Of a DNA stretch of 49,507 nt, positions 35,706-44,984 are shown one piece after another (positions within the stretch are counted from its first letter, which is position 1; each line of letters begins with the position of its first letter). Source of the DNA: Robiginitomaculum sp. (GTDB lineage: Bacteria; Pseudomonadota; Alphaproteobacteria; Caulobacterales; Maricaulaceae). The stretch covers positions 1-49,507 of the forward strand of contig JALSHM010000397.1 of NCBI GenBank assembly GCA_026982235.1, written 5' to 3'. The notes under the pieces were generated by a model. That model was not told where the DNA came from. It made no database searches and saw only the letters and a program-made list of their open reading frames with translations. Made by a program: the position numbers and the translations under genes.

Positions 35706-37265
35706 ATGTCCGATGAAATTAAAAAATTTGAACAATTTTGGGATGTTTTATCCCGGGCTGGTATTGATGAGCGGGCGCGGGTGCGGGCGGAGCGGTTGGT
35801 TGCCAAGACCGGGGAGGCAATTCCTGTTGTTATCGCTGAATTGGGGTTAGCGTCTGATGCGGTTGTTGTTGATGCGTTTTGCGAAGTTACAGGTTTACTA
35901 AAAACGGATGTTACGCAAATCTCTGATAACTCTATTTTGGAGGACACTATCAGCACAGAGTATTTGCGTTCTCACAGAGTTTTACCTTTGTCGCAGAATG
36001 AGAGTGTGCTTGATGTCGCGATAATTGATCCATTTGATCTGGATGCCATCACGGCTTTGGAGTTTGCTTGTAAGGTTAAAGTATCACCGTCAATCATGAC
36101 GCTCACGGATTGGCGGGCGGCCTTTGACCAGTTGTATGGACGACAGGATGATATCGATGAAACCGAAGCAGCGTTGACGGGAGCGGGTTGGGCCGATGAT
36201 ACGCAGCGATTGAAGGATTTATCCAATGAAGCACCTATTGTGCGTATGGTTGATCGGTTGTTGACGGATGCTGTGGATAAGGGAGCTACTGATATACATG
36301 TGGAGCCTGCTCCAAACATTACCCGCATCCGTGTTCGCATAGACGGGGCATTGCAAGCTTTGCCAGACGAAGCACCTGAACTTGCCGCGTTGTTGGTCTC
36401 GCGGGTTAAGGTGCTCTGCGATATGGATGTGGCTGATAGGCGCCGCCCGCAAGATGGCCGGACATCTGTTGCCGTGCGTGGTCGTCCAATCGACCTACGG
36501 GTCTCTACAGTGCCAACGGCTTACGGAGAGAGTATGGCTATACGGATATTGGACCGCGCTGCCTCTATGCTGTATTTAAGCAAACTCGGATTTTCTGATT
36601 ATGACCGGGAATTGATAGAGACCGTATTAATAACTCCCAAGGGCATTTTTCTGGTCACCGGGCCGACGGGTTCTGGTAAGACAACTACGCTCTATGCAGC
36701 ACTGAATAAACTACGGCAGACCCAACGCAAGATACTAACGGTGGAAGACCCGATCGAGTATTTCTTTGAAGATGTAAATCAGGTGCAGGTCAACGAAGCG
36801 GCGGGTGTTACCTTTGCCACGACTTTACGCTCATTCCTACGTCAAGACCCGGATATACTAATGGTCGGCGAAATACGCGACGGAGAAACTGCGCGTATCG
36901 CTGTGCAGGCGGCGCTAACCGGGCATTTGGTATTATCCACTCTGCATACCAATGATGCCGTCTCGTCCATTGCACGGCTCAAGGACATGGGGGTTGAAGA
37001 CTACCTCATCGCGGCAACACTAAGCGGTGTCACGGCACAAAGACTTGTGCGCAAGAAAAGCGGAACAGGCCGCACTGTTATTGCTGAAAGTTTTCTCTGT
37101 ACACCAGAGATAACCAAAGCCATCAGATCAGGTGCTCCCGAAGATGAAATTGTCAAACTCGCGAGCAAACAAGGCATGGTATCTCTACGGCAAGACGGAG
37201 AAGCCAAAGCAAAAGCCGGACTGGTCAATCTTGATGATGTTTATATTGCTACAGGGCAGAACTAA
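35706..37265 (+). CDS. gspE: GspE/PilB-family secretion ATPase
   Basis: 519 aa with a T2SSE_N/MshE-like N-domain, Walker A GPTGSGKTT, Asp box, Walker B ILMVGEIRD and His box STLHTND. It lacks the tetracysteine segment. Confidence 0.9.
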   Translation: MSDEIKKFEQFWDVLSRAGIDERARVRAERLVAKTGEAIPVVIAELGLASDAVVVDAFCEVTGLLKTDVTQISDNSILEDTISTEYLRSHRVLPLSQNESVLDVAIIDPFDLDAITALEFACKVKVSPSIMTLTDWRAAFDQLYGRQDDIDETEAALTGAGWADDTQRLKDLSNEAPIVRMVDRLLTDAVDKGATDIHVEPAPNITRIRVRIDGALQALPDEAPELAALLVSRVKVLCDMDVADRRRPQDGRTSVAVRGRPIDLRVSTVPTAYGESMAIRILDRAASMLYLSKLGFSDYDRELIETVLITPKGIFLVTGPTGSGKTTTLYAALNKLRQTQRKILTVEDPIEYFFEDVNQVQVNEAAGVTFATTLRSFLRQDPDILMVGEIRDGETARIAVQAALTGHLVLSTLHTNDAVSSIARLKDMGVEDYLIAATLSGVTAQRLVRKKSGTGRTVIAESFLCTPEITKAIRSGAPEDEIVKLASKQGMVSLRQDGEAKAKAGLVNLDDVYIATGQN

Positions 37266-38479
37266 TGACCAAGTTTAGCTACAAGGTACAGGGCGCGGAC
37301 GGGCGGGCACAATCCGGTATTGTTGAAGCTGCCAGCAAATCTGGGGCGCTGGAGGTTTTGCTTTCGCGGGGGCAGACGCCTTTGCGGTTACATGCGGTTG
37401 GAGATAAGTCTGAATTTCAAAACTGGTTTAAACCTGCACCCAAGGAGTTCAGCGTTAAGGATGCGGCGGAGTTTTCGGGGGATTTATCACGGTTGCTCAG
37501 TTCGGGGTTTTCTTTGCATCAGGCTTTGCAAATGACTGCGGTTTCGGCGGGCTCCAAACCTGCTCGCGCTTTGGCAGAAAAGTGCGCAGAGCAAGTGCAA
37601 AAAGGCGGCAGTTTACACAGTGTATTAGTCAAAGAAACTTCCGGTCCGGCATTGGCATTGGCTGGGCTGGTACAGGCTGGAGAAACCACCGGGCATTTGG
37701 AAAAAGTGCTGCAGGATGCGTCGGGCAGTTTTGGTGCCAGTGCCGAGTTTAAAGAAAAACTGGGTTCGGCTTTGATCTATCCGGCAATTATTATGTTTAT
37801 GATTTCGCTGACTTTGCTCATATTTTTTACGATGGTGTTGCCGCGTCTCCGGCCATTATTTGAGGATGTAGGTGATAGGCTACCGGCTATGACCAAAGTC
37901 TTACTAGGCTTTGGTGATTTTTGCGAAAATTGGGGGCCGTGGCTGGCTTTGGGCTTGGTTATGTTGCTGATTGGTATGCGTGTGCGGCCAGGGCTGAGAC
38001 AGAAAATAAAACATTTTTTTGACAGTATCTTGTTAGGTCGGCTTGGTATGGGTGCCCCTAAATTGGCTGGGTTTGCCGCCTATGCCCGCACGCTAGGCCT
38101 GTTGGTCAATTCGGGTGTGCCGTTACCCGCCGCTAATTCTGTTGCCGCCGGGGCTGTGGCTAATCTGGTGTTAAGTGAGAAATTTGAAAGTCTGACATCT
38201 CCACTTCGCGGCGGTGAAAATCTATCAAAATTATTGGGAAAACTTTCAGAAGCCCCGGAGCTGTTGGTACGAATGGCGGTGATTGGTGAACGCTCAGGTA
38301 AGCTAGGTCCGGCGCTGACCGACGCAGCAGGCATTTTGGAACGCTCTGCCCGTACTCGTATGGAGCGGTTGATGGCCGCGCTTACACCAGCAATTACAAT
38401 AATATTGGGTATTATTGTTGCGCTGGTTGTCGGGGCGTTATTCTTGGGCTTGGCGAGTTTAACCGAGATTGATGTATGA
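37265..38479 (+). CDS. gspF: GspF/PilC-family inner-membrane platform protein
   Basis: 404 aa with two T2SSF-like repeats and three TM segments. Its start overlaps the gspE stop. Confidence 0.88.
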   Translation: MTKFSYKVQGADGRAQSGIVEAASKSGALEVLLSRGQTPLRLHAVGDKSEFQNWFKPAPKEFSVKDAAEFSGDLSRLLSSGFSLHQALQMTAVSAGSKPARALAEKCAEQVQKGGSLHSVLVKETSGPALALAGLVQAGETTGHLEKVLQDASGSFGASAEFKEKLGSALIYPAIIMFMISLTLLIFFTMVLPRLRPLFEDVGDRLPAMTKVLLGFGDFCENWGPWLALGLVMLLIGMRVRPGLRQKIKHFFDSILLGRLGMGAPKLAGFAAYARTLGLLVNSGVPLPAANSVAAGAVANLVLSEKFESLTSPLRGGENLSKLLGKLSEAPELLVRMAVIGERSGKLGPALTDAAGILERSARTRMERLMAALTPAITIILGIIVALVVGALFLGLASLTEIDV

Positions 38480-38940
38480 TGCTAAGCAAACAGGCTGGAT
38501 ATACTTTGACCGAATTACTTGTGGTTCTTATGTTGTTAACCTTGATGACCGCTATCGGGCCGGTGGCTCTACAAAAGTTATTACCCGGCATGGCGGTAAA
38601 TAGTGCGGCCCAAACACTACAAGCAGATTTGCAAACCCTACGCGTCCGTAGCTTGACTTCGGGGAGTATGGGCGAATTACGCATTGAGAAAAATGGGCGA
38701 GGCTATATACTGCTGGTTGCAGAGCAAATAATACGGCGTCGCAGCTTGGGGAATGCAGTTCGTATTCGCAGTGTGGATGGTGAAGAATATGGCAACGAGG
38801 ACAGCATTATTACGGCAGATGCAAGTGGGAGGTTATCCGGCTTGTCATTACGCGTTGAGCGCGGTAAACGTGTCAAATCTATTCAGATTAACCCTGTATT
38901 CGGGACGGCAGAAATTGTAAGTGCTTATGTGGAGCAATAA
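38476..38940 (+). CDS. gspH: Minor pseudopilin, GspH-like
   Basis: Prepilin leader KQAG/YTLTELLVVLMLL with Glu at +5. Size (154 aa) and pattern are GspH/FimT-like. Confidence 0.65.
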   Translation: MMLSKQAGYTLTELLVVLMLLTLMTAIGPVALQKLLPGMAVNSAAQTLQADLQTLRVRSLTSGSMGELRIEKNGRGYILLVAEQIIRRRSLGNAVRIRSVDGEEYGNEDSIITADASGRLSGLSLRVERGKRVKSIQINPVFGTAEIVSAYVEQ

Positions 38941-39337
38941 ACCAGATTATTATAAAAAAGCCGGGAATCAGGAAAATGGCTTTATTCTCAGCGAAATTCT
39001 TGTGGCCATGGTAGTATTGGCGATTGCGGCTATCGGCTTTTTACAAACCATACAATTTGCAGCAAGCAGAATGCATAATTCAAAGGTAAGTCATACGCAA
39101 ACGGTCTTTGCACTCTCACTTATGGAAGATGCAATTGAACGGGATTTGTATGATAAAGAAGGTGGGGAGGGCGTTGACAAAAAAACCAAGCTCAATTGGC
39201 GTGTTGTCGTTGTTCCGGATAAAAACCGTCAATCACAAAGCTCGGAACAACCAAGCCTAAAAACAGTCAGTGTCGAAGTGTGGAAAACGGAAACTCGTAA
39301 GTTAAAACTCACCAGTATGAAATGGTCGGGGCGTTAG
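38921..39337 (+). CDS. gspI: Minor pseudopilin, GspI-like
   Basis: Leader ...NQENG/FILSEILVAMVVLAIA. About 136-138 aa. The start is either GTG 38921 or ATG 38927. Confidence 0.6.
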   Translation: MLMWSNKPDYYKKAGNQENGFILSEILVAMVVLAIAAIGFLQTIQFAASRMHNSKVSHTQTVFALSLMEDAIERDLYDKEGGEGVDKKTKLNWRVVVVPDKNRQSQSSEQPSLKTVSVEVWKTETRKLKLTSMKWSGR

Positions 39338-39338
39338 T

Positions 39339-39884
39339 ATGAGCGCCGGGTTTACATTAACAGAGGTGCTTGTGGCGCTCATGATCTTGGGGGCAACGGC
39401 AGGAACAATGAGTACGACTATGGGGACGGCGTTTAAATCTTACGAGCGACTTGATAGCAGTTCATCTGATTTACGCAAACAATCCAAGCTCAAACAAGTT
39501 ATGGCAGAAGTGTCAGGCCGGTATTGGCTCGCGGACGGTAAAGTCAAAGAAAAGAAACTAACCGAAATTCCTGTGAACGGGCCGTATTTTTGCAAGTTAG
39601 CCATTGAAGAAAAGCAAGCTGATATTTGGGGTCTTTATGCCATAAGTGAAAGCGGTGAGAAAACGCAAATAATAGCGTCTAAAACAGAATTGCGCTTTAG
39701 AGCGATTGGTCAGCGCAGAAAATTGGGTGTGACCCGGAACACCCCTTATGATTATCACACCTTGATATTGGAGCAATTAGAAGATAGCTTGGTCAGTGAG
39801 TGGAACCCCATCATATCTGTAGCGTTAAAGGTAGATGCCGACCCCGCCTGCCGATTTGATATTGTGGGGCTTCAATGTCGATAA
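39339..39884 (+). CDS. gspJ: Minor pseudopilin, GspJ-like
   Basis: Leader MSAG/FTLTEVLVALMILG. 181 aa. Confidence 0.6.
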   Translation: MSAGFTLTEVLVALMILGATAGTMSTTMGTAFKSYERLDSSSSDLRKQSKLKQVMAEVSGRYWLADGKVKEKKLTEIPVNGPYFCKLAIEEKQADIWGLYAISESGEKTQIIASKTELRFRAIGQRRKLGVTRNTPYDYHTLILEQLEDSLVSEWNPIISVALKVDADPACRFDIVGLQCR

Positions 39885-40861
39885 CTAATGAGTTGGTAGA
39901 AAAAAACTTGGAACGATATATAAGTAATGGAACATTACTTGGTGACGGCTTAGATATTGTTGCTAGGTTTGGGAAATCTCTTTCGAAGGCATTCGGATGG
40001 AACAGCGCCAATGCTATAGGCATAATTTATGCTGAGCCGCCAATCGATTTGCTTGAACAGAAATTGACTTTGAATGTAACAACCCGTGCAAGTGCAAAGC
40101 GCGCCGCAAATTTAATGATAACAAGGCTGTCGCCGCTCCATGAAGATCAAATTGAATGGGATATTGTTGGTCCCCATACTTCGCTAGATAACGGCGTTGA
40201 TAACACCGAAAATGTTGGTGCCCAAATAGTGAATACGAAGAAACAATATACGCTCGGGATTGTCCGCAAAACAGATTTGGAAAATTGGGATAGATTACAA
40301 ACACAGCACAGTTCGTTAAAAACCATCGGGCGTAGCGGCGATGTATACCAGTTTATCAGTACCCTTAGTCGTCAAACCAAACGTAAGCAAACTCTGTTAG
40401 GTATATTGGCATTTATGGCCTGCTATATTGGTTTGTTGTGGGGTATGGCGCAGTGGGCCAGCCGACCTGTAAGAATTGCGAACCATTGGCAAGAACAAAC
40501 TCGCACTATCCGATTAGACATCCAGAATATGCGTATAGAATTGAAGAAAAATAAAGCCCGCTCAATATTGATGGAAAGTTATCAATCAAGTTCGCACCGA
40601 GTAAATTTGTTAGATATCCTTGCCATCACGGCACAAACCATGCCGGACGGCGGTTGGATACGTGAAATAAACTTATCTGCAAACCAAATAAAGATAAGCG
40701 GGACGTCTGATAATCCGTCCAAGCTTGCTGTGCAAATGGAAGCCAAGCCATTTATTGGACAAGTGCAATTGGGTGCAGTATCCGCAGATCGTTCCAGTGG
40801 ATTGCAGAGGTTTACCCTGACGATTATCCTCGCTGACAATTTGGCGAGGGAAAAACCATGA
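39875..40861 (+). CDS. gspL: GspL-like (PilM/PilN-type fusion) assembly protein
   Basis: 328 aa with a cytoplasmic N-domain, a single TM (LLGILAFMACYIGLLWGMAQW) and a PilN-like periplasmic C-domain. Assignment also rests on its position before a GspM-like gene. Confidence 0.55.
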   Translation: MSITNELVEKNLERYISNGTLLGDGLDIVARFGKSLSKAFGWNSANAIGIIYAEPPIDLLEQKLTLNVTTRASAKRAANLMITRLSPLHEDQIEWDIVGPHTSLDNGVDNTENVGAQIVNTKKQYTLGIVRKTDLENWDRLQTQHSSLKTIGRSGDVYQFISTLSRQTKRKQTLLGILAFMACYIGLLWGMAQWASRPVRIANHWQEQTRTIRLDIQNMRIELKKNKARSILMESYQSSSHRVNLLDILAITAQTMPDGGWIREINLSANQIKISGTSDNPSKLAVQMEAKPFIGQVQLGAVSADRSSGLQRFTLTIILADNLAREKP

Positions 40862-41439
40862 GCAAAACCAGCCAAAACACTAACCGACTTGTTCAAGGAG
40901 TAGGCCTCGTCTTAGCGCTCCTATTGTTACTCCCATTTATTTTAATGGGCGGAAAAATGTTGAATGCATATACCGACCTGAAGGATGTTCGGTTTCAATC
41001 AGAAAAACTATTGCGACAACAACAAACCTTAAGACAAGACTTGCAAATTAGCCAAGAAAACCTTTCTGCATTACAACGGGACTTTAAACCTTTAGACGGG
41101 AGTATAGCCAAAGCCAATGCTATACTTCAAACCCGATTGCGTAAGTTGATTACGGTGGTTGGCGGTACTGTAGAAACCAGCTCTCAAGTCAAAATAAGGA
41201 ATGATATTAGGGCGGATGCGTCACTATCCCTTAGCCCGGTTTCAGTTAATGTTCGTTGGAGTGTGAGTGAAGTGGGCTTGGGCGAATTCTTGGCGAATAG
41301 TGCTGCGCCCAAACAAAACCTAAAAATAGACAGTCTTCTCATTCGGCGTAGACAGGGCACAGCCAGCCTACTTGATATTCGCATGCAATGTTCCGCACTC
41401 TGGCAAGACCCGTCTTTGGACAGTAAGGGGAGACGGTAA
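40858..41439 (+). CDS. gspM: GspM/PilO-like assembly protein
   Basis: 193 aa with an N-terminal TM, a coiled coil and a ferredoxin-like C-terminal pattern. It has 4-nt overlaps with its neighbours. Confidence 0.5.
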   Translation: MSKTSQNTNRLVQGVGLVLALLLLLPFILMGGKMLNAYTDLKDVRFQSEKLLRQQQTLRQDLQISQENLSALQRDFKPLDGSIAKANAILQTRLRKLITVVGGTVETSSQVKIRNDIRADASLSLSPVSVNVRWSVSEVGLGEFLANSAAPKQNLKIDSLLIRRRQGTASLLDIRMQCSALWQDPSLDSKGRR

Positions 41440-41912
41440 TGAAAATAACGACAAAAATATTTGGCTTTATTGTTGTGAGTTTACTGCTCGGTTTAGCGGC
41501 TAAAACACTTCCCCATAAACAAGTAATCGTTACCCCGTTGAATGTAGAGATAAGTCCTCAAACTGTTACCTCTATACCTGCCATTGATGCATCGCTCTTG
41601 TTGCAGCGTTATCAATCGCGTCCTTTATTTGTCTCAAAAATTGCACATGATGTCGGGGCTGGGAACGAAACAGACATAGTAATTGTCAAAGAATGGTCAC
41701 CATTTGATTATCAACTTATCGGGATTAGTCGTGTTAGCAGCAAGACAACGGGTTGGTTTAAAAATATTGATACAGGCGATCTTGTTTCTGGGCGCCAAGG
41801 TATGCAATTGGGAAATTGGACACTGGATGCTATGTCTGGTACTGAGGCGAAATTGTCTTCGGAAGGTAAAACTGAAAGTTTAAAGTTGTTTCAAGGGGGA
41901 GAAGCGCGTTAA
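41439..41912 (+). CDS. GspC/PilP-like small bitopic protein (HR-domain candidate)
   Basis: 157 aa with an N-terminal TM. It lies immediately upstream of the secretin gene. There is no PDZ or coiled-coil extension. Confidence 0.4.
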   Translation: MKITTKIFGFIVVSLLLGLAAKTLPHKQVIVTPLNVEISPQTVTSIPAIDASLLLQRYQSRPLFVSKIAHDVGAGNETDIVIVKEWSPFDYQLIGISRVSSKTTGWFKNIDTGDLVSGRQGMQLGNWTLDAMSGTEAKLSSEGKTESLKLFQGGEAR

Positions 41913-41927
41913 GGTGCGGTTTTGTAG

Positions 41928-44039
41928 ATGTATATGGGATTAGGTTTGAAAAGTTCGCAAAATAACACACGTATATTGAACACATTGCTGTGCGGTATAG
42001 CCGTCTTTGCGGTGACGGCTTGTCAGACAATGGATGGTCAGACTTTGCCCAAACGTACAATCGGTGATAATGTGCTTGACGGTGTATTGCATCCAGACAC
42101 GGAAATTGATACAGAAGCGACGAAAAGAACACTAACCCAGAAAACCACTAGAAAAACTGTCCCATCAGTTATGCAGGATGTTCAGTTGGGCGCTGGCCAA
42201 TATGTGAAAGCCGGAACGGCGCAAACGGACTTTGTGACCCAAAGGTCGGGGCGTGTTGAACTCGCCTTTGATAAGGCTCCTGTGGAGCAAATCATCAATG
42301 CGGTTCTTGGTAATATACTGGGAGCTGATTTCATTATTGACCCTGCCGTTAAAGGTGAAGTGACTTTGCGTACAGCTAAATCCGTGAAGAAATCCGATAT
42401 TCCTGCGCTTTTAGAACAAGCCTTACGTCTGGTTAATGTCTCACTTATTGAAACTGCGCCCAATACATTCACTGTCATCCCATCATCACAAGCAAAACGG
42501 TTTGCCCGGGCTCCGGGTTTGGTCGGTAATGGCGTAAGAGGGGGCATGGTGATTGCGCCTTTGGAATATATATCGGCGTCAGAAATGGCGCGCGTATTGC
42601 AACCATTCACCCCACAGGGCAGCAGCATAAAAGCAGATAGCAAACGAGAAGTTCTTATCCTGTCCGGTGAACCTGCTCAAATCAATGTACTCTTGGATAC
42701 AATGGAAATGTTTGATGTGGATTGGTTGGCGCAAATGTCGTTTGGGGTGTTTGAAACACGTTATGCGCCACCGGAAACGCTGATTGAAGAACTTGATAAA
42801 ATATTTGGCGGTGCAAATGGCCCTATAGGTTCTCAAGTGGAATTTATCCCAATGCCTCGGCTTGGATCCGTTTTGGTAATTGCCAAGCGGGCTCACAGAA
42901 TTGCTCAAGCCGAAAAGTGGATACGTAAACTTGACCGTAATGTAGGCGGGGAAGGCCGCAGGTTTCAATTTTTGTCAATTATTAACGCAGATGCGGAGGA
43001 GTTGGCTGACACAATTACTGATTTGGTTGGTGACGAAAGTAGCGGTGGTAATCAATATGATAGCGCTCGATCTGAATCCGATACGCAAAACCAAATTCAG
43101 GCGCAAAGACCGGCGCAAACAAATGGAGGCTCTAGGCAGAAATTGCGCATACGCGCTGATTTAGCAACAAACTCTCTTATAATTTTTGGTACAGACGAAG
43201 AATATCGCCAGATAGCTGACCTCGTGCAAAAACTGGATGTATTACCAGATCAGGTTTTAATCGAAGCCGTAATTGCCGAAGTTACCTTGAACGATGAATT
43301 GCGTTATGGTGTGCAGTGGTTTTTTGACAGTCGTACGGGGGGGACAGCGACTTTTTCTGACGCGGGTACTGGCGCGGTGTCTTCGCGCTTCCCCGGCTTT
43401 GCCTATGCATTCTCGGGCAATTATGTCAAAGTCGCTATGAACGCATTGGCTGCGGTTACCGATATAGAAATTGTGGCTTCCCCGCAAATTATCACGCTAG
43501 ATAACCACACCGCAACCTTACAGGTAGGTGATCAAGTCCCCATCGTTACCCAGTCAGCTGTTAGTGTCGATAACCCCAATGCCCCAATTGTTAATTCCGT
43601 ACAATTTAGGGACACAGGCATTTTGTTGACGGTCACGCCACGGGTCAATGACGGTAATATGGTGTTCTTAGAGGTGGCACAAGAAGTCAGCAATGCTGTG
43701 CCAACCCTGACATCTGGAATTGATGCGCCAACTATTCAGCAAAGACGTTTTGATACGGTGGTAACGATTGCCGATGGTGACACATTGGCTCTGGGGGGGT
43801 TAATCCGCACCAGCCGCACCGTCGGTGATACAGGCATCCCGATACTGAAGGATATTCCGCTCCTCGGCAATGCCTTTAGCGGTAAATCTGACAGTCGTGG
43901 TCGGACGGAATTGGTGATTTTTATGACGCCCCATATCATCCGTTCGCGCGAAGATGCCAGACGCGCCAATGAGCATATCAAGAGCCGTTTGCAACGCTTA
44001 AAACTTACAAATTTTAGTGATGAACAAACGCAGCCTTAA
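41928..44039 (+). CDS. gspD: GspD-family secretin with a lipoprotein-type signal
   Basis: 703 aa. The C-terminal secretin domain includes VIAEVTLND...YGVQW, ...ASPQIITLDNHTATLQVG..., ...IPILKDIPLLGNAF. The N-terminus has N0/N1-like repeats. A lipobox VTAC has its Cys at residue 32. Confidence 0.9.
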   Translation: MYMGLGLKSSQNNTRILNTLLCGIAVFAVTACQTMDGQTLPKRTIGDNVLDGVLHPDTEIDTEATKRTLTQKTTRKTVPSVMQDVQLGAGQYVKAGTAQTDFVTQRSGRVELAFDKAPVEQIINAVLGNILGADFIIDPAVKGEVTLRTAKSVKKSDIPALLEQALRLVNVSLIETAPNTFTVIPSSQAKRFARAPGLVGNGVRGGMVIAPLEYISASEMARVLQPFTPQGSSIKADSKREVLILSGEPAQINVLLDTMEMFDVDWLAQMSFGVFETRYAPPETLIEELDKIFGGANGPIGSQVEFIPMPRLGSVLVIAKRAHRIAQAEKWIRKLDRNVGGEGRRFQFLSIINADAEELADTITDLVGDESSGGNQYDSARSESDTQNQIQAQRPAQTNGGSRQKLRIRADLATNSLIIFGTDEEYRQIADLVQKLDVLPDQVLIEAVIAEVTLNDELRYGVQWFFDSRTGGTATFSDAGTGAVSSRFPGFAYAFSGNYVKVAMNALAAVTDIEIVASPQIITLDNHTATLQVGDQVPIVTQSAVSVDNPNAPIVNSVQFRDTGILLTVTPRVNDGNMVFLEVAQEVSNAVPTLTSGIDAPTIQQRRFDTVVTIADGDTLALGGLIRTSRTVGDTGIPILKDIPLLGNAFSGKSDSRGRTELVIFMTPHIIRSREDARRANEHIKSRLQRLKLTNFSDEQTQP

Positions 44040-44934
44040 ATCCATTCTTGTTCTAGGATCTAATGAGGGTACGGCCTTGGTTGCAGCTTTGTGGCTCTCT
44101 CTCATACTGGCACTGTTGGGGATTGCTGCAATCTCATTGGTAAAATCAAATGTCCTAGAAACCAAAGTCCAAACCCGTCTTGACAAGGCGTGGGTAGTCG
44201 CAGAAGGCGGGGTGGCTATTGCAACTTATCATATAGCCGATTCCCGCAATCCATGGCGTCCACGTACAGAGAACTACACGGCAAAAATTGGTGATGATGA
44301 GCTAACAATTTATGTCAATAGCCCACAAGCGAAAATTGATCTTAACGGGGCTGTTCCCGTATTGTTGGCAAGTCTATTCAGCGAACTGGGGTATGAACAA
44401 GACCTGGCTAATCAGCTCGGTGATAGGATAGCCGACTGGCGCGACGGCGATGATTTTATTCATCTAAACGGTGCGGAAGCCCGCGCTTATTTGCAAGCAG
44501 GGTTGGATTACAAGCCAAGCAATGCGCCTTTTAAAAATGTATCAGAACTTGGTCGTGTATTAGGAGTAGACGCTAACATAATGGCGTGTGCCGCGCCGTT
44601 CCTAACCATTTATGCACCAAGTGGACGGGTTGACCCGTATCTTTCCCGTAGCGTTGTGCGACGTGCTGCTGGGCTACGGGACACGCCACCACCAACAATC
44701 CCCGGTGTGCGCCGTACAAGTTTGGCTGGGCAAGTGTTTGAAGTGCAAGCTCTTACGCCGATTAGCAAACATTCCGCAGCCCGTATAACAGCTGTCATTC
44801 GCTTTACGGGCGACCCGTCCGATCCAGTTTGGCGCCACCGCATTACACGCGATGTAGTTCTGTTAAAACAGGCCACATCCGAAGAACAACTACCGATTAC
44901 ATGCCCGGCACTAGCACAAGGAACCGCTCAATAA
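44017..44934 (+). CDS. gspK: GspK-like minor pseudopilin
   Basis: 305 aa. The hydrophobic N-terminus has no Glu5. The T2SSK pattern is KIDLNGA...IADWRDGDD...NGAEARAY...KPSNAPFKNVSELGRVLGV. Confidence 0.8.
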   Translation: MMNKRSLKSILVLGSNEGTALVAALWLSLILALLGIAAISLVKSNVLETKVQTRLDKAWVVAEGGVAIATYHIADSRNPWRPRTENYTAKIGDDELTIYVNSPQAKIDLNGAVPVLLASLFSELGYEQDLANQLGDRIADWRDGDDFIHLNGAEARAYLQAGLDYKPSNAPFKNVSELGRVLGVDANIMACAAPFLTIYAPSGRVDPYLSRSVVRRAAGLRDTPPPTIPGVRRTSLAGQVFEVQALTPISKHSAARITAVIRFTGDPSDPVWRHRITRDVVLLKQATSEEQLPITCPALAQGTAQ

Positions 44935-44984
44935 AGCTCTGTTTTGTATTGCGCTTAGACACATTTATCAGTTAAGGTAAATTT

